DNA of 64,000 nt from Tricharina praecox (Eukaryota). A program made the translations under genes and the position numbers. Location of the stretch: assembly GCF_024521635.1 (NCBI RefSeq), contig NW_026250429.1, forward strand, positions 62,001 to 126,000, read 5' to 3'. Of the stretch, positions 1-12,110 are shown piece by piece (the first letter of the stretch is position 1; every line of letters starts with the position of its first letter). The notes beneath the pieces were generated by a model. That model searched no databases and was not told where the DNA came from. It was given only the letters and a program-made list of their open reading frames with translations.

Positions 1-540
1 GACTATAGTCCCGTCCCGTCCCGTCTCGTCCCGGGAAGGCTTTCCAGAGGACTGATTGATTCCGTCCGGAGGATGAAATGCCCGGATACCCGCCAGGTAC
101 CTGTAGGTACCTGATAGCACTAGCGTGCTATGCTGACTACTAGTTTGCGGAGTAGTATAGCGCGGTGGCTACCAACAGAATTTTTAGCCTTGCGAAGAAT
201 TTTCGGCGTCGTCAAACAATCGAGCTCAGGGGATCGACACTGCTGGAAGTAGGAACGGGGATGGTGTGAAAGTTCCATATCGTGAGAGACGCTGCGAAAT
301 GGAGCCGCACAGCCGCACAGCCGCACAGCCGCACAGCCACACATCCGCACACCTGCGCCACTGTGTGGCGCCACGCTGTGTGCATTATCCTAGTGTCGGA
401 GTCAATTCCGGGCCCTGTAGGGTATCCGTCCTCATTTCTCCAGCCCGGAAGACTGTAGTCATTGGTCTCCTCAGCCCGACTAATTCCTTCCCGGGCCGGG
501 CAACCTCAAAGACGGACGGGACGGACGGTTGACAGCTAGG
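1..540. mobile_element. MITE-like element with long imperfect terminal inverted repeats (left end probably at or beyond the window edge)
   Basis: 11-100 (ccgtcccgtc..cccgggaagg..gagga..gaaatg..cggataccc..cagg) matches the reverse complement of ~415-530. The right end reads TAGCTGTCAAC on the minus strand, which is hAT-like. A further copy of the right arm lies at ~59095-59200. Confidence 0.5.
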
Positions 541-1420
541 ACAGCCAGGACAGGGCCGTACTGGGCCTGCCGATACGGTGATAGCGGTACTGCTTAATAC
601 TGCCGAGCACTCACCCTTCCGGAGTTTTACCGGTCACGATGTCCTGCCAACCGCGGTAACAGTCAGTACCACTCAGTACAGGGTCCGACGATGCGGCGAT
701 AGCGGTAGCGCTCTGTACCGATCGGTACTGACCGTTCTGGAGCTGTACCGCCCATAGTATTATGTCTGCCGCCGCCACAGTCAGTACGGGTCAGTACTTG
801 GCCCGCCGATGCGACGATAGCAGTACTGCCTACTACTGCTCAGTTCTGACCGTTCCGGAGCTGAACCGGCCAACATATCCTGCCATCTGCGGAAACAGTC
901 AGTACGGGTCAGTACTGGGCCCGGCGATGCGGCGATAGCGGTACCGCTCGGTACTGGACATTACTGATCATTACTGGCGGTTGCGGAAGTATACCATCCC
1001 AAGGTGCGTGCCCGGCCCAGCCGCATGCAGTACTGGTGAGTACTGCTCCCAGCAATGCGGCGATAGCGGTACCGCTCGGTACTGAACACTACTGACGATG
1101 GCAGACCTATACCTCCCCCAGTTTGCTGGCCGCCCTGGCCGCCCTGGCCGCATGTGGTACTGGTCAGTACTGCTCCCGGAAATGCGGCTATAGCAGTACT
1201 GCCTATTACTGCTCAGTTCTGACCGTTCCGGCCCGGCAATCCGGCGATAGCGGTACTGCTGGGTACGGAGCATTACCGATCATTACTGAAGATTGCAGAC
1301 CTATGCCATCCAATCTGCCTGTCAGCCCCAGCCGCATGCAGTACTGGTTAGTACCGCTCCCGGCGATTCGGCGACAGTGGTACCTCTTGGCACTGACCAT
1401 TACTGATCAGTACTGCACAG
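541..1420. repeat. Degenerate satellite built from cagtactg / gcggcgatagcggtac units
   Basis: Motif gatgcggcgatagcggtac(t/c)gct recurs at ~570, 690, 808, 926, 1055, 1181, 1240 and 1370, interleaved with palindromic cagtactg. The overlapping ORFs are repetitive artefacts. Confidence 0.8.
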
Positions 1421-2204
1421 TATATTTTGAGCGGGCGCGGCTTTGCTGATTAGGACCTAATTTGGTCCAGTGTGCGTGTTTCGCACCCCGCATCTTTTCA
1501 GGTCTTGAATACGCCCGCCATAGGTGCTTGATTACTTCGTAACCTTTCCGTGACACAAGATTTATAGTAGGCTCGTAGCCAGATGGTGTTTTACATAGTA
1601 CAGTCCAGCCCAGTCTTGCCCGACCCAAAGTCCAGGGACGGAACTGTAATACATTCATCAAGTCTATACTGAGGTCGGTGTTGCACGCACTACAGAGTCC
1701 ATGAGAACGGTAGACCGGAATGGATGGCTGTCGACTGTAGCTGACTGCCAGTAATATAACAAGTACCGCTGAAACACAATGAGGCGACATGAATGACATC
1801 AGAGAACGCTCCGGCCAGCACGGAAGCACTAGGTTATTCCACCATCCGGAAGGGATGGACGAAGCGAGGCCGGAATGGTCCCACTGTTGACGTTCAGACA
1901 ATGTAGAACACAGGTGTCTTGGACGGTGGTTCTGTGGAATTTATCACAGCGCGATACCCGTTACGCGAGTGACGACACGGGAGTCACGGGGTGCAGTCGA
2001 CTGCCATTGACTGCCAACCGTTGTACATTTACAACGGAAGAATCATAAGGCACAGGGAATCACATCATACAGCGTTCAACAGTCCAGCAAGATGGCGAAC
2101 GTGACGGAATATGTAGAACACAGGTGGTGTGGACAATAATCCGGTGCAAGTCTTCACGGCAAGTCACGAGTTTCACGAGTGACATGACATACTATCACGG
2201 CAGC

Positions 2205-3130
2205 AGCTATAATGAGATCGCAGATGGGTGGGCCAGGCAGGCAGCGGAAAACCCGGACGGCGATGGAGTAGAAAGGCTCTGGAAAGGTATTGAGTATGGA
2301 CGCCGCCGTGACGTGCCCCTTCTAGTCTCACTGGCACAACTTAAGAGGCGGATTAGCGATGAAAAGTGGAGAGAGGCGCATCAGTGGTCACTGACCCGGA
2401 TCAAAAATCGGCGGTACCATACCAGGGAGCCCTCGAAAAAGACCCCCTATGCGCTCCCTGCCAAAGCGCCAAAGAAGCTAGCCGCCCGCTTCAAGCAGCT
2501 GAAGACAGGGCATGCCATCACGGCGGTGTACCTGAAGTGGATTAAGAAGCGGGATGATGACCATTGCTGGTGTTGCGACAGGCCTACCAAGCAGTCCCGG
2601 GAGCACCTATTCAAAAACGGCTCACGGTTTAGAAGTCAACAGAAAGCCTTGTGAGCGAAGGTCGGGAAGGAGACGGAGAGAAGGAAAGAGAGGTGGTCGA
2701 TAGCGGAGCTGTTCGCCGACGAGCGGTGCAGCGAGGCAATCCTAGAATTTCTGGAAACGACGGATGTGGGGAGGAAAGCACTAAAAGACATGGACGAGGA
2801 TGAGGAGGAGGAAAGCATCGCATCGGGGGCAGAGCAAGAGTGCCCAGCAGGGTACTTTCCCTGCGGCCGGTGCGAAGAAGCAGGAGATGAGGATGGGCGG
2901 TGATACTTTCTTGGTGCGATTTCATTTGTTATTTGTTTGGTAGGCAGCGGCGCCACATCGTGCTGGCTGGTAACGGGGTCCTCACCACCGGCTGGCCTGA
3001 GTGAGCAGAAAAGAAGTGCGACGGTTCGCCATAGTCTAGATAGGCTAAACTGAGCAGGGCGAGTGACGCGCGGGTGGACCCCGTTGCAGACTGCTATTTC
3101 GCCGCTAAGCCTAAACGAGACTAAAAAACT
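2205..3130 (+). mobile_element. 5'-truncated non-LTR (LINE, Tad1-like) retrotransposon relic: RNase H end, CCHC-type zinc finger and 3' UTR
   Basis: NEIADGWARQAA (RNase H C-terminus), QLKTGH..YLKWIKKRDDDHCWCC..QSREHLF (zinc-finger region), in-frame stop at 2652, then WSIAELFADERCSEAILEFLETTDVGRK. Ends in an A-rich tail at ~3123. Confidence 0.85.
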
Positions 3131-3331
3131 TTCTCCTTCCATCTCTACTCTCCTCTCACCTCCACTCCTCTCCTCTTTCCTCATCATACCCTCACACGAA
3201 CGCTCCCTCCGCGACAACCTCAAACGTCACCTATCCCAGCCCTCTTTTTCAACCAAAGGAACATCCGCAACAAGGTATTCTCCGTCGGTTTATGCTACTC
3301 TACATTTGAGCCCGGACTAATGCTGTAAGAA

Positions 3332-3646
3332 ATGGACAAACCTGAAGGTCTCGCTGGTGTGTGGAAGCTGACGACGATCGTCCCGGCTGTTCTGGTGCTC
3401 TTCGCCGTGGTAGTTGTGCTCGTTATGCGCAAGATGGAGAGAATGCGTCGCGACATGGTTCGTCATCACCGCAATCCCCGATACGAAGCACTGCTGACTG
3501 GAAATAGAGGAACGGATTGCACTAGATGCTCGCCGCTTAGCTCCCTTCCGCCCTTGCAGAAATCATCAATGCGAATGGTAAGCTACGCACAATCCCAATT
3601 TCATCCATCACGCTCACTAACATCCTAACTTTATCCTAGGACGTGA
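3332..3646 (+). CDS. Possible small spliced single-pass membrane protein
   Basis: ATG at 3332 with hydrophobic IVPAVLVLFAVVVVLV followed by basic residues. Intron-like signals gttcgt..ctgac..tag and gtaagc..ctaac..tag. No recognisable homology. Confidence 0.3.
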
Positions 3647-5458
3647 CTGAGGAGCTGGAGGTGGTGGTGATGGAAAGGTAACGGGTCGTTGTGTCTGCGT
3701 GCTTCAAATCGTGTTGCTTGTGTATATCGTCTTCCTCGTACATAACCCCATCATCAAAGTTCACCACTTCTCCCGTGTCTTGCCGAAGTTGTAATTCCTA
3801 GTTCCCTAACAGTGACATAACTATGTAGTCCGTTATGCCTAGCAATGCTCCCTAGAAGTGCTGCCAATATGTTCCAACACGTAGGTCCGTAGGATGATAA
3901 CTTGTAGTGCACCAAGATACTCGGAAGCTCTGGTGAATCGGCGACGTACGTTTCCTACCCCGGTGGGTATTCGGTGAAGCTGGTGCTAACGAAGGATGGT
4001 AGTCGGTCAAAGTGAATGTATCGCGCGATGTCTTGATGGGAACATGTAAAACGTTTGCTGGGTTGGATGGGGGGTTATGGCGGCCGGCGCATGGGTGGGA
4101 ATTTAGTGTGCAGAAGCTTTGCTGCGTGCGGCCGTCCATGACAATGTTTCTCTACAGAAATCTGCTGACTAGTCCAAAACGTGGATGGGCATATACTTGC
4201 GATCCGAAAAACGATCCGGATGAGCACTTGTATTGCCGGGTCGCAGTGTAACTGGAGGCTGCCCCGCGTCTGCAGAGACCCCTACCTACAACCATTCTCT
4301 ACGTCTTCCAGCTCTCAGCTCTGAGGGGAGATGAGTAACAGTCGCTTCTTCTACCTACTAGCGACGAGGTGATATCTCTGTCCTAAGCGAGTCAGTACTC
4401 AGACAAAAGGCATCAACGATTGCATCTTTCCGCGCCCCCCCCCCCCCCCCACCCTACCTCACGACTCTGCAACGCGTAATAGCACGAACTCGAGGTCACC
4501 AAGCTCAACGAAAGGGAAACAGCCCTCAGGTCTCTATTCTTCAACAAGGGGCTCAACCATCTGACTGCCGTTGCGAACGTTCAAGAAAGAATAGTCTGTG
4601 GTAGGTCTGGTAGCTCCACTTCCAGCCGGAAGCTGAGTGATACGGACGCTTCGGCGGCCGAAGCGGAGAGGCTTTCACCACGATGCGTGCAACAAACAGA
4701 GCAACGCACAGCACGATGATGATGTATGAAGATAGTTGTTGATTCCAGTAGTCTCACCAGGCAGCAGTCCTCTATATAGACAACGCATCCAGCTCCACAC
4801 GGTACTAGTACTCATGCTGCAGCTGTTTCTGCAGAGCTGGCCCACCGGGACAGTCAATGAGGGGAATTTGCGGATGCCATAGTAAGAGGGTTACTAAATG
4901 TATTACCGTAAAACGTTTGACGGAATTACGGATCAAACGAAGCCCATGCTCGTTAAAGAGAACGCGGATGTCCGAACACATCCAGTCAATCCTTCAGCTT
5001 CACCTATACCCACCATGGACCACTTCGTTCACCTCCGGACATAGGCAGACCGACCTTAGAATTCGAGCAGTATTCCGGACAGATGCTTGTGATGATTTCC
5101 AGCGGATACAATTGAAGAGAAACTATGAGACAGGAGTCCATCGACTGTCGCGCTCACGCCGTTCGTTGGATCCCCCATACAGACGGATTCACTACTTAGT
5201 GACCTAGTTTATGACGGGCCGCATACAAAAGTCACGATACTTGAAAGAGTTTGATCGGAGGATTAAAAACATTAACCAAAATGAAAATGACCAACTCCAC
5301 AATATCGCCTGACTCACGTTGCCACGTGGAAGTTGGAGCTCATCAGTGTTATGTATGCGTGTAAAGAGTAGCGCCACCGCACCCAACCCTTAAGATACAT
5401 CCCAAAACATAGGACTACGGCACTGACCATCATGACTCGGTATTTCTAACCACCTACC

Positions 5459-7850
5459 CTACGACAATCGTGCCCGATGATCGCAGATTAACCGGACCAC
5501 TCCCTCATTACTCTAACCATCGCTAAGTGCACCGATGTACGCCCATGATCATCAGTGGCGGAGACATCGGCGCCCCTGTCCAGAAGTAACCGGACTACCG
5601 TCTCACGTCCGCTTGACGCTGCCTCGTGGAGCGCTGATCGTCCGAAGGCCGAAACTGCATCAACACAAAGACCTTCATCTAGCAGATGCCCAAGTACATC
5701 GTGCCGCCCTTCGCACGCAGCGTGAAACGGTGATAGGCATACCCGCAGATTTGTGTTAGGCGTTGAAAGCCCTCTATCCTTCAACATCCGTCTTCCTGCT
5801 CCATGAAAGCCCCACTTAAGCACTCGCAAACGATCAGGTATCGTTGTTGTTGAAGTAATTGCTGAGCAGCTGCAATGACTCCATCAACAAAGGTATCCGA
5901 GCTTTCCGAACGCTGCAAGAAACCACAAAGATGATGAATAACATCGGCGGTAGAAGTCTTCATTGCAGCTAGCACGAAGATTGCATGGTGGGTTACCAGC
6001 GCATACTTCTTGAAGTCGTGGGTACAACGGAGGATATGCTGGTCATACGCAAACAACATGGTATGGAGGAGTTTCGCGTCTAGTATCAAGTCATGAGTTG
6101 GCTATATCTCTCACTGATGTAGGGCTAACCAACCGAAAGCTGTTGCAAATGCAATCTGAATACCGGCTATGCTAAAAAGACCGACGACCGGCAACACTAG
6201 AGCGGTAAAGGATTCACCTGCTGTCAAATTAGCCATGTTACAGAGCGTCACGCTGCAGTTCTCCCGACAAAGCAACGTGGAAAAGACAATTCAATCTCAT
6301 ACCCCTTAGCTCTGCCAATGTTCTCCACCTCTGGTCATGAATGACTAAACGTGGCTACTTCGACTGCTTGTTGACAAGTAACAGCACTAATGATGGGGTG
6401 GGTAATCTTTGGTAATCGACCTGATACTGGGCAAATCTATGCGAACATTAGTTGTACAGCGATGGCTAGACTCGCCCGCGACATATAGTTGCAGACACTG
6501 GTACGCAACTGCGGGCAGTATTTCAAACGTGTCCACATGACTGGCGAGTAGAGGTTCGTCGCGGAGAACACAGACAACACCTATTTTTGAAACACGATGT
6601 GTTCGTCCTTCATAACCCACGTCCGCTCACCCGAAACCGAGCCTGGCTTTAGTGTTGAGTTTTTCGATTCGGACTCCCAGATCTGTAGCTGCTTGTCGTT
6701 GTCGAGAGTGGGAATTCCGAGAATTTGGGCCTCGACATATCCGAATTCATCTTTGATAGCCTACGTTGGGCGGTAGTGCATTGGGTTTTTGGGTGAGAAT
6801 AGGTGTCGAAACTCACCTCGGTTAGATGTAGAACATCGTATCGCACGGTGGTTTCGATGTAGACCAGCTGAGGGTGCACAGTGATGATGTCCGTCAGGAT
6901 CCACGAAGCCTTCAACAGGTTGACATATGCCTCCTTTGGCACAGTATCGATTGCGGTACGAAAATCCGTATGCGCCTGCGCCGCCAACTATCAGTCACTT
7001 TGTCGGTTAGGATACAGCGGAGCATTGCAGCCTCTTACTCTTAGTATCCACCACCTGCCAGTAGTGATACAGTCTTCGATGCCGATTGCCGTCCAGCGCT
7101 GCGAAGTCAGGGCCGCCTCCATACACTTTTGGCTGAATTCAATCCTCACCGTACTATCCGCTAACGACGAAGCCACAGGGAGAGATACGTTTCCTGTGTC
7201 GGCTCGCTTGAGGAACATCTGGATCTCCTGGACACCAGCGTCGATGGATTGGGTGGTGACCTCCAGGCGTTGGAGCGACGATCTAAATGCGCAGTTCATC
7301 AACACGTTCTGGAGGGCGCACTCCGGTTGGGGTCACCGTACTGCCGAGCGCAGGTGAGAAGCAAAGCCAGTAGGCCATTGTGGTAGGAAAGCTGGAGCGA
7401 ACAATCGATCAGTACATGTGAGGAAGCGCTGGTAAAACCAGATTCGACAGTGACCGAGGCATCCCACCTTGTTCCGCAAGCCATCCACGTCCCTCGCACT
7501 CACTGCCCATTTGAACTGACCCCAACCTTTTTTCATACTGCTCCGAGAAACGTTGCCTAGATTGCGATGCTTGTTGAAAAAATCGGCCAGATCACTCAGG
7601 GTCTTTTTTACCTGCTCCAACAGATCCTTCACCATCCGTAGACGCTCTTCCCCGGCTCGCACCGGAACGGACGTCGGATCTTTGCATTCGTCTTCGAAAA
7701 GCTTCATGTCGCATGCAGGGTCTTCAACTCGTCAACCAGCATCCGGAATTCCTGGGGAGCTCCCCGGGCGATCAGGAAGCAGTCGCGGTAAAGGCGCCAA
7801 GTCAGCTCGCCGGCCGCAATGAAGTCTCCGACACCGAGTCCGAATGCCAT
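5459..7850 (-). pseudogene. Disrupted gene: fungal STAND N-terminal (HeLo/SesA-like) domain plus C-terminal ankyrin repeats
   Basis: N-terminus MAFGLGVGDFIAAGELTWRLYRDC..GAPQEFRMLVDEL..KWAVSARDVDGLRNK|LSYHNG. Ankyrin motifs SPFHAAC.GRHDVL..LL, GRSALHEAASSGRETVVRLLLDRGADV and GRTSVHLA. Frameshifts at ~7707 (ACA TGA vs ATG AAG) and ~5515. Confidence 0.7.
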
Positions 7851-8398
7851 TTCGCGTGTTCCGTTGAGGTGTTTGAATTTTCTTGATGCTGGAATTGTGA
7901 TGATCGTTGTGGGAGAAGCGATCACCGCTCCAAAAGCGGGGACGACACATTTTCAGCCTCAGAGCCTGCCAGCCAATCGCGACTGCATGCTCGTTTGAAA
8001 CCCGCTGTCTGGGCGCCTATCGGCACATCGCTGCAGATAAGACCCGCACCACGCGAAAGCTTCATCACCTCTTCTGGAGCCGTCTGAGGTGAGTCCGGGC
8101 ATCTCCGTCCCCCGCGCTACCTGTGAAGGAAGAGAACTCCAGGCCGTGGAAACGAGGCGGGTAAAGGCTTACTGCACGAGGATGAGGGAAAACCGGGGAC
8201 GAAGATTAGCTAGATAAGAAGGTTGAGGCTGGAGAAAGTCAGGTAAATACATATCGATTAGGTTTCTCTCAAGGCTACGCGAAGAAGTTTGACTGTCCCA
8301 TGTGGCGAAGCCCCATCGTGGCGCAGCCATAGTGGCGTTGAGTGCGTTCTGAGAGGGAGATCTGAGCTCCGGGGCACCAACCGGGGGCTTTAGGTACG

Positions 8399-8843
8399 TA
8401 CAGTACTAGCCCTTTTTACACCAAAAATGGTCATTTTCAACCACCGATACAACAACCACAACGTATCGAAAAAAATCAGAGACCATCGGGAGACCTCTAT
8501 AACTACACCGAAAACGATATGGAACTCCTCATGGGGTTCTGAATTGTTGTTGTGGAGCAATACCACACGGGAGAAAAGTTGTTGGTTGCCAAGTAGCTTT
8601 TTGTATGGGAGCCCCATACAAAATGTAATGTCACTTATCAACTCCTGCACAATACAACGTCGTACAGCCCCAATCCGTGATGAAAGTCGTCAAAGTTTTT
8701 ATTGATGAAGCAGCTTGTGATTCTAATGCTTCTGTGAAAGAAACGATTTTTTTCGACCGGGTGGATGGTATGTTTGGGTTGCATGAAAATGGGAACTTTT
8801 GTATAAAACGGGCTTTGTCCAATCCTTTTTGTCATAGTACTTT
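8399..8843. mobile_element. AT-rich MITE-like element
   Basis: Ends TA-CAGTACTA.. and ..TAGTACTT-TA (short imperfect TIR, TA flanks). Perfect 11-bp stem ttttgtatggg/cccatacaaaa at 8599-8623 near its centre. Related motifs at ~21220-21290. Confidence 0.4.
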
Positions 8844-9029
8844 AGGATCTGCCAAAATACGTCCGACCGACCGTTGGAAGGAGACTAAAAATAAGAAGAA
8901 GAAGCTTTCTAATATGGACAAGATGATGGTCGTGAACTCGAGCTCTCTCGCCTAAGCTCTCGTAGTGGCACCGTACCAAGCTGCCAAGGCGCACTACGGC
9001 CAAGCCTCCTATTCCCGTGGGCCGTCGTG

Positions 9030-9130
9030 TTGCGCCTGACCTGGTCCCCACGCACACCTGGTATGCTATCTAATCTAACATCGGATCTGATCTTCTCTTA
9101 TCGCATCTCGCGGATGTATGTACCACGAAA
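9030..9130 (+). repeat. Dispersed repeat (possible LTR/TE end fragment), second copy at 63715-63815
   Basis: tatctaatcta.cat..gatc..atct..tcttatcg.a.c.c.cgg.atgta is shared with 63750-63805. Confidence 0.55.
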
Positions 9131-11155
9131 AGAATTCCGGAAATAAATCGCGTCAGTAAAGTTCTGCGCAATTCTGAACGGAATGAAACGTCTGTTTCGG
9201 TTCTCGATTGTCATGTGGACTAAACAGATCAGACCCAACGGTTCTCGCAGCCGTGCGTTAGTCAGCTAATCGTGCGGGCTTTTTGTCTGTCGACTAGACT
9301 ACCTGACGTAGACTGTAGAAGCACCAGTGGAGCTTCCAGAATCCAGGCCTAGAGACGTATCTTCAGACCGCATCACGCAATCGGTGAATGCCTCATCCAG
9401 TACGTAGGACTGTCGCTTGCGAACCACAAGCGAGATTCCCAGCAGACGGTACACCCACGACTTCATATGTAACAGAAATGACTGCCACCCGAAAGTTCTT
9501 CGTTTTGGGTGTCGCCATTGATGGAAGACCGGTGGACGGAACGACTTCAGTCTCCCCCCCATCCCCCCCCCCCCCCCCCCCCCCCAGGCTCCGATGCCAT
9601 CCATAGTTCCTGGCTTCCAACGGGGCGAACCAGCTCCGTCCCGGCCATAGGTAGTCGTATTTATGCACCTAGAACTCGACGACCACCTGCGCCAACAGGT
9701 GTCAGGCACCACCGGAGTTTACCGTTGAAAATCAATTTAAAGATGCGGGGTTACATACGAGGTAAGCAGTAGGCTCCACGTTTCAGTCCTTATGTAAACA
9801 CTAGGTAGGTAGGGATACTGCCAAGTTGCGAGATCGTCAGGCAGGCAGGCCATGGGGAAGAGGATGGTTTAGCCGATTTTAGTCTGAATCTGACCTCTCC
9901 CGAACTCCGTGACTGGGGATGACGTTTCGACGGGTATTTTAACCGGACTCAGCTGCCATCCCATCCAATCCCATCGAAGATTCGAGGGGGCCGGATTGCC
10001 GGGAAGTCCTTGTGGAATCACGGAAAAAGTCGTCGCGAGAGAGAGAGAGAGAAAGTTCTGCAAGCTGCCACCGAGACTCTAGAGCCTCTTCTTGGAATGA
10101 AATGAAGTCGCTCATCCGGCGAACATGATCCTTTCACCCGGCGGAAGCCCGTTGACGAGAGAGTATGAGTGAGACTTAAAAGCTTAATTTGTAGTATGTC
10201 GTTCACAGCTCGCTCTCTTTTTTGGCTATTCTGCATCGGATTTCGGGCCGAACCACACACCGATGCCGACCAGTCCGAGGAAACTGTTCTATACACAACC
10301 ACAACCTCAACTTCAGTTTTGAACTACCTTTTATCTAGTAGTATACTGTATATTAATCGTGTACTCGCGTCATACATAGCTATCTGTGTAGTAGCCGGGA
10401 AGACCTTCGCCGAGATCTTGGAGACGCAGTCAAAGTCAACCTAGCAATTCGTACATATGCTACGCATCCCTGCTTGCCTGTCACAGTCAGACCCCCCCCC
10501 CCCCCCCCCCCTCACGTGTCCGAGGCCACAACCGATGCGGGGCGGTAATTTTACTACAGTGGGTGGTTTATATTGCGGGCTATACCTACATTAGTTCCGG
10601 GTGTCATTCTCCCGGAGACGATGCACCCCGGACAAGACCAGATGGCCAGATCATGGTGACATGGTCCTGCAGAATCGGGAGATACTTATGTGATACCGAG
10701 AACCGTGCGCATCTCGAATATGGATGGAATGTATGGGATGTGTGGGGAAATACATTGACAGCTGTAGGGTACAGTAGGGTAGGCTGTAGTTAGCGTACGT
10801 AGGCTGTAACTACAGTGTAGCGTCTACAGGCTGGAGCGTACTAGCACGGTATGTAGGCTGTAGCGTCTACAGGCACCGCACTGCACGCCCTTCATATATT
10901 CGATTCCCCACAAAATTTACCGATGTTGCAATTTGCGACGTAGGTACACTCAGGAATCACCGGCCGCGATGCCGATGCCGACTGCTCGGCCTTACAGGGT
11001 GCAGCATTTGCCATTCGATTTGCTTCGTATAAAGACCATCGTCCTTCGCACTCTGCTTATACCAGTATCCCACTGCCCTTCACAAGCTTTTCAGCTCCGA
11101 ACGTACATACTCACCACCTCACTCACTCGAAGTCACCGCCACAGCCACCGCCACA

Positions 11156-12110
11156 ATGGTCCAAATCTCCGTCCTTCTTTCCGCCGCTCTGACGCTGCTG
11201 CCGCTGGCTTCATGCGCCAAGATCCTCCTCGCCGGTGATTCCACCATGGCCCAGTCGTCGTCGGCTACTCAGCAGGGGTCAGTTCCAGGACAGCACCCCC
11301 TCCCCCAATCACATCACATCACTAACCACTAATGTGTTTCGCAACAGATGGGGAACCCCCTTCGCGCAGTACATGAACATCGAAGTAGTCAACCTAGCGC
11401 GCGGCGGGCGGTCCGCACGGTCCTACACACGTGAGGGGCTATTCGACGCCTTGGTAACGCAGATCGTAGCGGGCGACTACGTCGTGATCGAGTTCGGGCA
11501 CAACGACGGGTACGTATCCCCCTCCCCACCCCCCATTGCTTCCTCGCCTCTCTAACACTCCCTCAGGGGCAGCACCTCAACCTCCGAGCGCGCCCCTGTC
11601 GGCGGCACGGGCACGGACACGGAAACGGTCACGCTGGCCGATGGCACCGTCGAGGTGGTGCAGACGTTCGTGACGTACGAGCGGAACATGGTCGCCAAGG
11701 TCCTGGCCAAGGGCGGGATTCCGATTATTTCCAGCCAGACGCCCAATGGCGATGCGTGGAACACTGCGCTCACTGCGATCGGCACACCACCGAGGTTTGT
11801 CGGCTATGCCGAGGTCGCCGCCGCTCAGAGCGGCGCCGTCTATATGGATCATTGGAAGGTGAGTAGTGTGTGCGGGAGTGCGGAATCATCGGTGTGACTG
11901 ACAGTATTGCAGTGGACTGCTATTGCCTACGAGGACCTGGGTTACAGCGCCGTCTACCCCACCCTGTTCCCCCAGGACCATACCCACACCAACCCCGCCG
12001 GCGCCGACGTCGTCGCCAAGGCGTTCGTCAACGGCCTCAAGTGCATCAGCCACCCGCTCGCGTCGCTACTGACGACAGCGGGCAATGCGATCCCGAAGGT
12101 GTGCTCATAG
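11156..12110 (+). CDS. Secreted rhamnogalacturonan acetylesterase (CE12, SGNH/GDSL hydrolase), 4 exons
   Basis: Signal peptide MVQISVLLSAALTLLPLASC. Motifs ILLAGDSTMA, GWG, NLARGGRSARSY, VVIEFGHNDG, SSQTPN and FPQDHTHTNPAGA. Introns at ~11278-11348, 11510-11567 and 11859-11912. Confidence 0.93.
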
